64,000 bases of DNA from Monocercomonoides exilis PA203 (taxonomy: Eukaryota > Protista > Preaxostyla): contig LSRY02000051.1 in NCBI GenBank assembly GCA_001643675.2, positions 434,001 through 498,000 of the forward strand, given 5' to 3'. Shown piece after piece: positions 13,181 through 26,321 of this stretch (positions are counted from its first letter, which is position 1; every line of letters begins with the position of its first letter). Under the pieces are notes generated by a model, which was given only the letters and a program-made list of their open reading frames with translations, was not told the DNA's origin and did not search any database. The position numbers and the translations under genes are program-made.

Positions 13181-15447
13181 AAACATACAAAATGCAATGA
13201 ATAAGTAATTTCGATTAATTGAAACAAACTTTAATTTCCGGTCTTTGGTAAAGCACACTGTCTTTTGTAAATTCTGTGAAGATGTTTTCTTCTGAAATTC
13301 ACGTCTTCTTGCATTCCTTTATTTCAATAAAATCTTAATTTATTTTGATCAAAATATGCAATAAAAATTCAATTTTAATAAATATCTTCAAATACAATCA
13401 TGGTGAGTTCGAATGAAATTTTCTTCATCGAAAAAATGAACACAAAGCATTTTTGAATGAAAGAAAATGAAAAAATAATATTATTATGGTATTTATTTTT
13501 GATCTGTGGTGATTTTTCAAAAATTTTCTCCCAAATATTCATCAACAAAATTTCAAATAAAGGAATTATTCTTTAAATTTTAAAAATAGAATACTCCAAT
13601 TTCGAAAGAAGAATTTTTTTCTAAGGAATTTTCCGATAATTGCAGAAAATGGATTTCAGATAAATACAAGTTGTGTGACTTATTTTGAAAAGGTTGGATC
13701 GTTAAAATTTGAAGTTCAGTGAAGTTTGACACATAAAAAAAAATACTTGCAATCTATCAATTGAGCTTCACATTCAAAAAAAATCAAAACAAAAAAAACT
13801 TCCGATATCCTTTAATCTGCAAAACAATATTATTTGATAGAATCAATTTATTGAATTTACGAAATAACACCAAATTTCATTGAACTAAAAAATAAAACAT
13901 TTGCGACTTTTCAAAAATAATGACACATCTGTGAGAGAAGAAAACATATCTTCGTTAATTTTAAAAACATGCCTGCATTGAAGGAACAATAAAGAAATTT
14001 GAAGATAAAAAAATATATAAATTTCATTGAGATAGTTCCGCTTTCAGCAGTGATTGAAAATGTCAGTTATTATAAACATAAATAGTTATCGAATAATCTT
14101 AAACGAAATTATGAGATTGGGGGAAAAAAGAAAAGAATAGAAAAGAAATCTGAAAATTTTTAAATAATTTTTATATCATCTATATTCTTTCTTTTTTCTG
14201 TTCTTTTTTAAAAAAATGTGAGATAAAATATCATTTTTCATTCATTCTCATTGAGAAAATAGACACTGTTGATAAACTTTCATTTGTCAAAAAATGAGAA
14301 TAAAATGTGTTTATTTATTGACATCGTGGAATGTCACTAAATATTATTCTGTGAAATGAATAATGTCCATTTGCAGATATGAAAATACAATTTATCTTTA
14401 TATCTGAGAAAGATTAATAAAGTGATGAGTGAAATAAATCTATTTTGCCTAAAGCAAAAAAAGTTTGTGCATTCGTATTTTCTCCCATGTTATTGTGCAA
14501 ATACGTGATTTCAATTTTCAAAAAATGTTGCAAAAAATTATTTCAAATTGAATTTCACTTCAAATCTTTTTGGAAAATCTCCAGAAATTCATTGAATTAA
14601 ATCTTTTTCTGTTTTATTAATTATTCGCAGTTTTTTTTTTTTTTTTTTTTTTTTTTGGTTTTGTAGAAAAACGAATGTGATTTAAATTTCAATGACATGT
14701 GAATCCATCATCAATATTTGAAATAGAATTTTTTCAGAAAAAAAAATGTTCGACTGTGTGATAATTTTAATTATCATATTTTATCTGTCAGTATTTTCAA
14801 TAAGATAATTTGTTTGAATTTTTGAAAGTGAACATCGAAAAGTTATTGCACCGTCAGCAAAAAATTTTTCATGAATGCACTTCAAACATTTGATTAAGTA
14901 ACAATTGCAATTCAAAAAGTGTGAAAATAAAAATTTTCTAGCCATGATCAAAAGAAAATTTTGAATTCAACACCCCGTAAATTGTTTTGAATTTTTTAAA
15001 AAATATCACCCAACTATTGAAGAAAATATTTATCAAAACGTTGAACGGAATAAAGCGTTATGAGGGAAAGTTAAAAAAAAGATTATAAGAAATATTTTAT
15101 AATTTTTGAAATAAAAATAATTGAAAAATCAAATGTTTTTTCCTCATTGCTCAAAGTATGGATGGTTTTTATGTTGACGAGAAAAATCGATCGTTTAGAG
15201 TCATTCGTTTTTTGAATAATATTAATGCCAAAATATAAACGAAAATCATTTCATTTTCAAGGTCAAAAATAAAATATAAAATGAAAATTAAATATGTTGA
15301 ACATTAAAATATAAAAGATGAAATGTAATATTCACATGAAATATGAAAATATATCAATTGAAACTCATTTTTTAATTGAGATTTATAAAAAACAAGAAAA
15401 TATTTTACATTATCACTTTTCTTGCTTGTCTAACAATACCAATTTGA

Positions 15448-16326
15448 TTAAAAAACATACAGTTTCCATAAAAGTCTTTTCCAAAAGGACTTTTCATTAT
15501 TCATCCATTCTGGAGGTTTTGATCTAACATAAAGTCTCCAATAATCTGCCATTATCCCTCCTTTCTTATCAGTTACTGAAATGTCATGCCTCATCCATAA
15601 TGGTGGTTCTGTTTGAACAAATTGAATCCAAAACATGGCCATTGTTGTTCCATCATTATCGCCAAGCTTAATATCATGTCTCATCCACTCTGGGGGTTCT
15701 GCTTTGACATTAACAATCCATATCATAGCCATTGTCAATCCTTTGTTATTAGAAAATGTATTACAATGTCTCATCCATTTTGGGGGGGCTGTTTTAACTT
15801 CAAGAATCCAAAGCATCGCCATTGTCCATCCATTATTGTTGCCAAGAGCAATATGATGCCTCAAAGATATTGGAGGTTCTATTTTCACATGTACAATCCA
15901 GTACATGGCCATTGTCAATCCATTTTTATCACCAAGTGTTAAATCATGCATCATCCATTCAGGTGGTTCTGTTTTGACATACATTATCCAATACATTGCC
16001 ATTGTTCTTCCATGCCTGTCTTTTTGTGCAATGCAGTACCTCATCCATTGCGGTGGCTCTGTTTGAACAAATTGAATCCACAGCATGGCCAGCGTTCTAC
16101 CATTATTGTTGCATAAAGTTATGTCATGTCTCATCCATTCAGGTGGTTCTGTTTTGACATAAATTATCCAGTACATGGCCATTGTTCTTCCGTCTTTATC
16201 AGATAGTGTGCTGCTGTGCCTCATCCATTCAGGCGGTTCAGCTTCATTCTCCATGATAAAATGCATGGCCTCTGTCATTCCATTTTCCACATCAAATGGA
16301 TTTATAGCATTAACTGTATTTCCCAT
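15448..16326 (-). CDS. 292-aa intronless tandem-repeat protein: 8 full plus 2 partial 30-aa repeats (EPPEWMRHxxxLxD/NxxGxTMAMxWIxxVK), distantly ankyrin-like
   Basis: Clear 90-nt periodicity, ATG start MGNTVN, TAA stop. The DxxGxT.AM segment recalls the ankyrin hairpin/helix start. Confidence 0.85.
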   Translation of the reverse strand: MGNTVNAINPFDVENGMTEAMHFIMENEAEPPEWMRHSSTLSDKDGRTMAMYWIIYVKTEPPEWMRHDITLCNNNGRTLAMLWIQFVQTEPPQWMRYCIAQKDRHGRTMAMYWIMYVKTEPPEWMMHDLTLGDKNGLTMAMYWIVHVKIEPPISLRHHIALGNNNGWTMAMLWILEVKTAPPKWMRHCNTFSNNKGLTMAMIWIVNVKAEPPEWMRHDIKLGDNDGTTMAMFWIQFVQTEPPLWMRHDISVTDKKGGIMADYWRLYVRSKPPEWMNNEKSFWKRLLWKLYVF

Positions 16327-16971
16327 ATATTTAACCTTTGAATAAATTCAAGAGTTTTTATTTTGCAAACAAATAATGGAGAAATATCAATAATCTTTAT
16401 TGATCTAAACTTTATTATGGCTCGTAACTTGTTCAAAAAAAAAAAAAAAAGCTTATCGAACAGTATTTCTTCAAAAGAATTTTAAAAACGAAAAAAAAAT
16501 AGCTTTATTTCCCCACCACTCCATCAAAAAAAATTCATTTCCCACAATAAATCTGATTGGAATATTCAGGGACAATTTTAAACGAAAATCAATCCATATT
16601 ATCCAACATAATTATCTTCTTCTCCTCATTTATTGGAACGATTTTTAAAATTCAAACAAATAAATAAAGATATCATTATGGAAATGGAGTGAATGATTTC
16701 TATTTTTTTCATGAGACTGCGGATTCTACTGAAGAAATTCATATCGAAGAGTCAAAGCATTTGGCCAAACTATTATGGGAGTTGTCTTTTCTTGTTGAAG
16801 AAATCAAGCGAAATGAGAAAATTACAAAGAAATTGATAAAATTGAGCTAATGAATGACTCAGAAAATAAATGACATATATTCTGGATAGACTCTTTGAAT
16901 ACACTCGAATTATTCAACAATTTGAAAAATAATCCTTATTGATTATTCAATCAATTTAGGAAATGAATAAA

Positions 16972-18920
16972 TCATCGAGAAATTCCACTGGAGGTGATAG
17001 TGGGGGAGTTTGTTCCATTTCCAGTGAAAACGGTGTCAACCGCGTTGAAAGGGGGTGTTTGAGTGGGAACAAATGTTGAGGTAAGGAGAGAGGGAGGCAT
17101 CTTGGAGGAGGGAAATGAAGTCGTTGAGGGCATACTCGATGGTGGCGCATGGGGTCTGTTGGGGTCTGCCACAGGCATCAGCATCAGTTCCATTGTTGGC
17201 AACGATTTTGTTCTGGGCGATGAGGGGGAGCCAGCCATTATACACAGGGTTATCATCTTGTCCATAATTATACACTCTTTTTGTTGGAGTTGTTGATCCA
17301 CAATTTTCAAATGGGGATTGAGTGATATCACTTCCGTAAAAGAACACATCGTTTCCTCTTCCATTAGAAGCGGTGTTTCCATCGAAGAAGCAGAAAGTGA
17401 TGAATTTCATTCCATTCATCCAGGAATATGGTGGAAGGAAACACATTGCACCACCTCCATAATTTGCGGATTCAGTCAATTTATTGTTTATAAATTGGCA
17501 ATCAACAATCAAAAACTGAGTTTGTTTGCTTTGTGGAGGCCAATTGAATGTGAGAGAACCAGCAGCATCACCACCTGAGTTTGAAATGCACTTGCATTTC
17601 GAAATCAAGAATTGAGCATTTGATGGCATTCCACCAATTCCAAAATACCAACCAGTTCCACACCAATCTGTTATTGAGCAATTTTCCACTCTGTTATCTT
17701 GGAATCCCCAAACAGAATTTGATTGTGGATAAGCTATGCAAGTGGCTCCTCCATGAGCAGCTGAGCAGCTTGTGAAATTGGATTTAGCTATGTTAACATT
17801 TAGTAGATATAAGCAACCTAACGCTCCGCCGTGATCACCACTTGAACAATTGTTGAATGAACACGATGTCATGGTGAGTTTTGCGTTTGTGCAGTTAATA
17901 TGAAGTGCACCTCCATGACTGCTTCCACTGTTTGAATTATTCCATTCGCACCATTCAAAGCGATGGCTGTTTTCATCAAATGAAGTCAGTCTACCTGGTG
18001 TATCTCGTTGAGATTCAGTTCCAACATGCACAACAGCAGCATTTAAAGAAGATCGTGTTTGGTGAAGAAAGGAAGTGTTAAAGGCGAGAGAAAAGTGGAT
18101 GGGCTGTTGAGTTTGGGGAGAATTGCACAATCAATGTGGTTGAGAGTGCGGAGGAAGACGGATGAGAAGATGGAGAGGGCTAAGAGAAGAGATAAAGAGG
18201 GGATTGAATTGATGTTGGTGTTGGTGGAAGAGAGAGAAGAGGAAGAGGTGGTTGAGATGAAAGGATTGAGTGAGTGTGACGGAATGGATGAAAGAGATGG
18301 AGGGGATTGAGGAGAGGAGATGTTGGAGAAGAGGGTGTTTGAGAGATGGAGGTTGAGGTGGATTTGGAGGTGGGGATGGGATCGTTGATGGATATGGAGA
18401 AGGGAAGGGGAAGAGGAAATCGAAAGGGAAGGGGTAGGGGAAGGAGAAGAAAAAGAAGAAGATGAGGATGAGGATGAGAAAGATGAAGGAGAAGGTGAAA
18501 GGGAAGGAGATGGAGAAGGGGAAGGGGAAGAAAAGGAAGAAGGAGAAAAAAGGAAAGGCTGGATGAGGGAGATGAAGGAGGAGAAAGAGGAGTGGGAGAT
18601 GGAGAAGGAGGCTGGGATTGGGGAGTGGGCATCTGAGAGGAGATTGTTTGGGGTGGAGAAGAGGGGGAAGGAGAGGATGGCTGGTTGGTGGGTGATGAGG
18701 GAGAAGTTTGTGAGGGCGAGGGAGGCATGGGCAGAGAGGAAGAGGTGGCAGTGGTTGTGGTGGTGGTTGTTGGCGAGGGAATGTGGGTGGATAATGCAAG
18801 TGGAGGAGCAGGTGGTGACAGCTGAGTGGCGTTGGGCAGCGAGGAATGCACAGCCACTGAGAGGTTCTTTTGTGAGATGGCTCACACACAACGAGGTGTT
18901 GATGATAGAAATACTTGTTT
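16972..18920 (-). pseudogene. Pmp-like surface protein, frameshifted (near 18087 and near 17088) and 3'-truncated
   Basis: ORFs 18043-18891, 17036-18130 and 16972-17090 join by single frameshifts. Motifs FEWCEW, HGGALHI, DHGGALG, YGGGAM, FDGNTA, CGRPQQTPCATIEYAL. No TM anchor or clean start. Confidence 0.8.
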
Positions 18921-19313
18921 GAATATTACAAAAATAACTATTAACTCTTTGTCAAACTCTTTTTAAGTAATTTTGAACAAATCATATGCATATCATTTCC
19001 ATGCACTGTGTTGAAACATTCTTTCCATATCTCATTATTATTCTCCGGTGGAATATTCCTTTGTTCAATCCAAAAATAATTTCCATTGCAATAACCACGT
19101 TTCATAAATATAATTGTTTCACTCATCTTTTATGTTGGATAAAGTGCAGTCATGGAAGAGTATTATGGTACATAATAAAAGCAAACGAATTCACTATGAT
19201 TCAATTGAAATTCTTCAATTAAACAAGAGTTTAAGTAAATATGGAAAAAGAAAGAAACATTAATTTTCAAAAAAGAAAAGATTCAGAAATTAATTTCACG
19301 AAAAGAGTTGTCT

Positions 19314-22300
19314 ATGCAACAACAGAAGTTTTCATTGGAAAAAACGAGTGAAAATCTTTTTTCTGTAGCCCAAAATAAAATAATTAAAAATTGAAATAGC
19401 TTATTTGTTGGCTAACTTTTTGTATATTGCAGCAAATGATTTGGGAATCAAGTATGTCAATAAACTTAGTATTTTCAATACATGAATTTATGAAAAATTT
19501 GAAATTTATGCATTTTCTTCACAAACAATAAAAATATTAATTTTTTGAATTTTAATAGTCCCAGAGAGTCCATCTTCCGTGAGATCATCATACACATTTA
19601 ATGAACAAGGATTTGCGCATGTTGCATTGTTGCCCCATGAACTTGAAACCATTATGATGCAACAGGAAGATAAATTAGCAGCAAATGTTCGTCTTGTTGA
19701 AATTGATCAAGAAAACAAATCTGTATGTTTTCTTTATTCTTTTTTTGACTTTTCATATTAAGTTTTGTGACATTTTTAATTGAAATATAAATGAAGCAAA
19801 TTACACAACTAATATTCGAAGCATCTCAACTTATTGATGAGCAAAAGACTAGACATCATCGCCATCAGATGATTGTCGAGGATCATAAAGGAATTCTCTT
19901 GAGATCAGAAGAAGAAAAAAACGGATTGCGCAATGAGCTTGAAAAAACCAAAAAAACCATTAAAGAAACAGAAGTGCATTTCATTTCAAGCGTCAGATCA
20001 ATGAAAGCTGACTTCTTTCGTCTGAAAGAAACAATTGAAAACAAAAACAAGAGAATATGTGAGCAAGAAGAAGTTATTAACAAACTAAAGGAAGAATCTC
20101 AAAAACAGCTTCAAACAAAAGAAGAACTTTTTCAAAATCACAAAAATCAACTTCAGCAATCATTTGAATCAGTTGCAGATCAGTTGCAAATTGCTCAACG
20201 AAGAATATCAGAAGGGGAAGAGATCAGGGTAGCAATGACAAAGAATCTTGAAAAGGAAAAAGAAGACAAACAAGAGTTAAAAAAATCAAACGAAGAATTA
20301 TCAGAAATAATTCGAAAGCAAAATGATGAAATTGCCATCTTAATTGAGCAAAAGGAAACAAATCAAGCAATTTTCAGCAAAGAAATTGAAGAAAAGAAGC
20401 AACTGAAGAAGGAAATACTGAATTCTCGGCTGAAAGAGGCAGAAGGGAAAGTGATGTGTGTCCGCTTGTACTCACTTGTCCAACGCTGGGTGCTGTTTCA
20501 CTTGGCTTTTGTGGAGGAAAAGGAAAAAGAGACAGCAGAGCACGCAGCAGAGGCGATGCTGAGGGAAGAAGCGCTTCTTGCGAAGGCGGTGCAGATCGTC
20601 CGCAGAGCAGAGGAGCAGATGAAAAAAGACGAAAATGGAAACGACGAAGAAGTTGGAAGAGTAAACGGAAAAGCTGATACAAAAACAAAAGAGAAAGGGA
20701 AAATGGCAAGACATTCAAAAAAGGAAAAAGAAGGAGGGAGAGAACAACAAGAGCACAACAACAACAACAACAATAATAATTATGTGAAGAATGGGAATAA
20801 TGTGAAGACGAATTGCAGCACTTCGTGGGGGGAGAAGATGTTGGAGGAGCTGATTTTCGACAAAGACGTGGAGGAGATCTTAATTTGCGAGAGAGAAGAG
20901 AAAAAGAAGAGAGAAAGGGGTTTGCTGAAAGAGCTGCAGTTGGCGTTTTGCGACGATGATGAAGAAGATAATGGAAACAATAAAGAAAATGAAGAAAATG
21001 AAGAGGAAGAAGAAGAAGAGGAGGAAGAAGCGAATGATGAAGAAGAACAAAATGACGGCTCTGAAAGTGCGAAAAGAGGAGGAAGCTCGCCTTGTCTTTC
21101 ATTTGAGCCAAAACAATTAAATGGCGAAATGCCTTTTTTCATCGATTTTATTAAAAAAAGCAGAATGCCAAGTTCATCTTTGTCACTTCTTTCGCAAAAA
21201 GACAGAGAAAACCTGGAAGATGAAGAACAAGCGGACAACAACCAAACAAAAAAGAAAGGCTTTTATGAGAACGAACAAAATAGCGATCAAAACACAGATC
21301 CAGCAATTGTCACAGACGAAGATTTCACTCAGGCCGAGAAGGAGATGATAGAAGAGAAATACAAACAAATTGTGGAGAAAATCGAGTTGGACGAAGGAAG
21401 CTCGCTTCTTTCTTTGCTTTCGCTCCGAATGAACGGCTTGGCGAAGGAAAGAGAGAAAATTGGAGAGATTGATTCAAATAGAGGAATGGCAGAGAACGAA
21501 GATGCTCATGAAACAACAACAACAACAGCAAGTGAGGTGGACAGTCAGAACATGTTTGGAAAATCAACAAAAGAGAAGAAAGCGAAGCAAAGAAAAGAGC
21601 GAAAACAAAGAATTGACTCAGAGATGGATGAATCCAAAGAGAACAACGATGGCATTTCACGATATGAAAGAAGCGAATACGAAGAGGAAGAGCAAGAGGA
21701 AGGTGATGATGAAGACAGCGAAGAGGCAGAAGAAGCAGAAGAAAGCAGAAATGACAACAAGAAAGCAGCCAAAGAAGAAAAAGACAAAATCGTTGAGGAT
21801 GTGGCAGTTGTCTGCAAATGGAGTGGAATTAATGTCAGCAAAAAACAGGCAGAGCGAATGCTTTTGGATGCGCTGAGTAAATCCAACTCTGAATATCCAG
21901 AAGAAGAGAATGATGGCAAACACATCAGAGCAAACAAGAGAAGAAATACAAACAAAAAAACGAAAGAAGACGGGGCTTATGAAACAGAAAGTGATTTTGA
22001 TGAAGAACTTGAGCCATTCGATGAAGAGGGATCGGAAGAGGATGAAGACAATGATGATGATGAAAAAGAAAGGAAAGGAAACACATTGATAATAAAAGCG
22101 AAAAAACTAAGACAAAAATCTAATTCAACACACTCAAGTTCAAAGGGCAACGACGAAGTCACTGCCAAAATCAGTCGGAGCACATTTGAAGCAGCAAAAG
22201 CGTCGATCATTTTGATGGGCCGTTCAACAGAGGCGCTTGCTGCATCCAGCAGAAAGCACTACAACTTCAATGGAAGGCGCTCTTCTTCTTCTCTTCCGCC

Positions 22301-24348
22301 CTTTTTGAGGCGGATGGCACATGCGCTGCATTCTGTGACGAATCTGCTGATAGACGATGCACTGCGTATCAGAAGAGACACAGAGGAGCAGATAAAAAGG
22401 ATAATTGGACTGTCTCAGGAGCTTCTGGCAGACAAAAAAATGATTGAGAATCCGCTGTTTTTTGTGGAGGAGCAATTCAAAAGCGAAGAAATGGCTGACA
22501 AACAGGAGAAAAACAGTGAAGAAAACAGCGGAGAGAATGGAGACAGGAAAAAAGAAGGAGAAATGCAAGCAGAAAAAGCAGCCAATGAAAGTGCACCGTC
22601 TTCTTCTCTTTCCGCTGGCCTGATGAATTCGTACCAGCCGCTCTTCAGCAAGCTCTATCACACATTTGAGCTTATCCGGTCAGCCTTTGGAGACACGCTG
22701 CTTCCACTTGTTGACTCTTCAGTGAGTGAAAGCGAGCTTGTGATAGGCAGCCGGCTGGAGGAGATGGGAAGAGAAAGAGAAGATGTCGTCTTTGAGGAGA
22801 AAGAGCTGCACGACAAGAGCGAGGTTAAAGAAATGCAACATCTAAACCAAACACAAGAAGTTAGAAATGAGTCTGGGAGGATGCTGAATGCGAAGGAAGG
22901 AGAAGGAGAGCGGAACAAGTTCGCGACCATCTCCCGCTCCTTCTCAAATGCGTCGTCGCTGCTGGAGGTGCTCAGGCAGCACCGCGAAGAGGAAGAGGAA
23001 AGCGAAAGGAAGCAGCAGCAGCTGGTGGAAAACATCATAAAAATGAGAGAGAGAGTGAGGGAGACATACTACGGGCACATTGCAGAAATCGAGAAGTTCG
23101 CAAGCGATTTGGACGAAGAAGGGGTTTTGCTTCAGCAGTGCTTGGATTATGTCGAGAAGGTTTGCGCATTCAACTTTATTTTTTTTTTTATTTTTTTTTT
23201 ATTTTTTAAAAACATACAATTTCCAAAAAAAAATATCACCCTCTCCTTTTCATCCATTTCTTTCTTTCTTTTTCCCTTTTTCTTTTGTGTCTTCACACAC
23301 ATATTTTATTCCACCTCATTCACAGATTAATCGAACCATCAGCAACTGGCACAGTGTGTTATCTGCCTTGAATGAAAGACGCACTTCGTATGAGAAGTCT
23401 CTTCAGTCCAGTGCAGCTGTGTTAGAAAGAGAACTCACCACAAACCCTTCCCTTGCCTCCCTCTCGTCTCTGCAGCATCTCCAAGCCAAAGCCCTCTCCC
23501 GCTCATTTTCTCGCTCGCTTTCTGTCTCATTCGCCAGCATCAATCCATTTGCTGCCTCTTCAAACACTTCACTCACTGCTCCTTCCTCTTCTGCTTCCTC
23601 TTCTGCTTCTTCCTCTGTCTCTTCATTTTTATTGCCTTCATCATCATCATCATCAACATCAACAACAACATCATCATCATCACCCCGCCCATCCTTTTCA
23701 CAGCCAGCCACCCAAATCATAACCTCCACTCCCACCCAGTTCCCTCCTTCTCCCCTTTCCCGCCCAAGCTCTTTCTACTCTCCTCCCAGCAGCACCACAC
23801 AGCAGCCAAAGACTCTCACCCAATCTGTCGCCTTCCACTCTCCAAAGACTCCTTCCCTCACCATCACCACTCCTGTGCGCAGTCCAACCCCTCCTCTCTT
23901 CCCGTCTTCTTCTCCTTCGTCGCTAAGCACTCATCAAGCAGACTTCCCCCAGTTTGCTTCCACTTTCACTTCTTCTTCTTCTTCTTCTTCCTCCTCCTCC
24001 TCTTCCACTTCTTCCACTTCACCTGCATTGTCTTCTTCTCTCCCTGCTGCTGACTCGTCCACTTTGAAAGGAATAACTTCGTTGGCTGCTCCTTACCAGC
24101 CAGCCAGCTTTTCGCAGCTGCATTCATTTCAAAGTGCAGACGATGTGGCTGAGAGCAGCGAAAACGGAGAAAGAGCAGAAAATAAAATGACAAAAGAAAA
24201 TGAATTTGAAGACAAGAAGCTTGTTTATGCAAAAAACGAATCTTCAAAGGATAATAATGCTGAATCGCAAAAATGGTTGTTCACTTCAATTCTTCCTTTG
24301 TCTGTGACCCTTTCTCCATCCAGAATTCAGATGCATTCGCACGCATAA
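19314..24348 (+). CDS. Large coiled-coil, acidic and Ser-rich protein of unknown function; predicted exons 19314-19364, 19433-19451, 19559-19722, 19797-23159, 23326-24348
   Basis: 1179-aa E/K/Q-rich ORF joined to flanking ORFs by phase-compatible GT-AG introns (first intron has a GCTAAC branch site). The 5' exons are less certain. Confidence 0.75.
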
Positions 24349-24689
24349 TTGCTGATTTTTAAATTTTCAGTTAATATTCTTTTAATATTTTTAATTTAAG
24401 ATTAAAAAATAAAACAATAATTCAATCAAAAATGATTTTTATTCATCTTAAGCAAATATTTTAAAGCCCTTTTTTTATTTGTGACATAATAATTACTCAT
24501 TCTCAAAATAGATTCTATCTTGAAATCAAGAAATTAATCAGAAATTTTTTCTGTTTCAAGAAAAACAATTTTACAATTAATGGGGGTTGTTTGATCAATC
24601 CCTTTGTTTGTTAATTGAACAACATAGAAGTTTGAATGAGTTATTAGATTTTTATTAAAGAAATTATATTTGTTTTCGCTACAGTTACA

Positions 24690-25267
24690 ATGACTCGCGT
24701 TTATATGGACATCTCAATTGGTGGAGCCCCAGCAGGAAGAATGGTTTTCCAACTGTTTTCTGACAGATTGCCAAAAACTTGCGAAAACTGTTTGAATCTT
24801 TATTTATTTATTTTTTTATTGTGCCATTAACAAATTTTTTGTATTCATTTTATTATAACTTATTTAAATAAACAGTCCGTGCTTTATGCACAGGTGAGAA
24901 AGGATTCGGATTTGCGAACTCAATATTCCATCGTGTGATCCGTGGATTTATGGCACAGGGAGGTGACTTCACCCGTGGAGATGGACGTGGAGGAAAATCA
25001 ATTTATGGAGATCGTTTTGCAGATGAAGGATTCATTTTCAAGCACACAAAGCGTGGACAACTATCAATGGCCAATTGCGGTCCAGACACAAACGGATCCC
25101 AATTCTTCATCACCTTTGTTGCCACTCCTCATTTGGATGGACACCATGTTGTGTTTGGAGAAATTGTTGAAGGAATGTCAGTTCTTGATGCTATTGAGAA
25201 AAATCCATGCGATAGAAGTGATCGCCCAACAAGAGAAGTCAAGATTACCGCATGCGGTCAACTTTAA
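24690..25267 (+). CDS. Cyclophilin-type peptidyl-prolyl cis-trans isomerase, 163 aa; exons 24690-24789 and 24876-25267
   Basis: [17 protein letters not shown]...[18 protein letters not shown]...[16 protein letters not shown]...[18 protein letters not shown]...[10 protein letters not shown]. Confidence 0.97.
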
Positions 25268-26084
25268 ACAATATAATATTTGTTGTACAAATTGATGTTT
25301 ATCGTTTTTAATCCATTCGCTTTTTAAAACTTGGTCTTGAAAAATTCAACTTTAAGATTCTTTTTGAAAAAAAAAGTTAATGTTAAATAAATATGAAGAA
25401 TTTTTTTGATTTTTTTGGGTTGTCATTTGAAGATAAATAATTTTAAATTTGAAGTTGTTTTGAACCCAATATGTTGTAAGAATGATTACATTTATACAAA
25501 TTTAGGAAAAATTAGTTAAAGCATCTCCAAAAAATTAGAAATTTCTGGATAAAGTCCACTCAATCAATACCTTCTTTTGACGCTTCTAATGCAAAAGTAT
25601 TTGACAAGTTGTTTTTAATTAACAAAACTTTGGCAATATCAAACTTTTTGCGTTATATTTGGATTCAATTAATTTTTCATCATTTAAACAATTTTGAAAA
25701 CTATAATAAAAATAAAAATACATAGCACAAGTTGTGTAATACAATAACAATTTCATTAATTGGATTTTCTTTTTGCGAAATGCTTTTTCTACGAAAAGAT
25801 TTTTGTTGATTAGATGAAATTTGAATAGACTTGTTCAATTCAAATAAATCCATTTTATACAAATAAAGTCAGTTTATTTTAAATGAAGATTGTTTATACA
25901 AATTAACGCTGAAATCCATCTTGTAAAGGTATTTAAAAAATTATATTTTATCTTTCAAAATTGCTAAATGGTACATTTGGTGTTGTTTTTTAAAGAATAA
26001 ATAATATAATTTTTTACTACGTTTTTGATCTTTTAGTTTTTAATTGGAAATATGACCAAATTCCAACAAAATGAGCTTCAAAGA

Positions 26085-26135
<51 letters not shown>

Positions 26136-26321
26136 AAAAATCCGAGAGTTAAAGTTTATTTCGTTAATATTTGTATGTTTATTTTGGAAAAAACACAGAT
26201 GATACGATTTTCATTAGGATAAAAATGTTGAGAGGAAAAGTGAAATGCTCCGAACAGTTTCATTTCATGAAATACAAAAAACTGCAAAAGTGTACGAAAT
26301 GAAGCGTGGAAGTTGACAAAC

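Noticed and set aside
13200-15400. Long AT-rich spacer (also 43800-45050) as a possible ncRNA or centromere-like region
   Set aside because: No tRNA/rRNA/snRNA motif, tandem repeat or hairpin could be supported by eye.
15540-16260. Regularly spaced repeats resembling a CRISPR array
   Set aside because: 90-nt in-frame protein repeats with synonymous variation, no unique spacers or cas genes, eukaryotic context.
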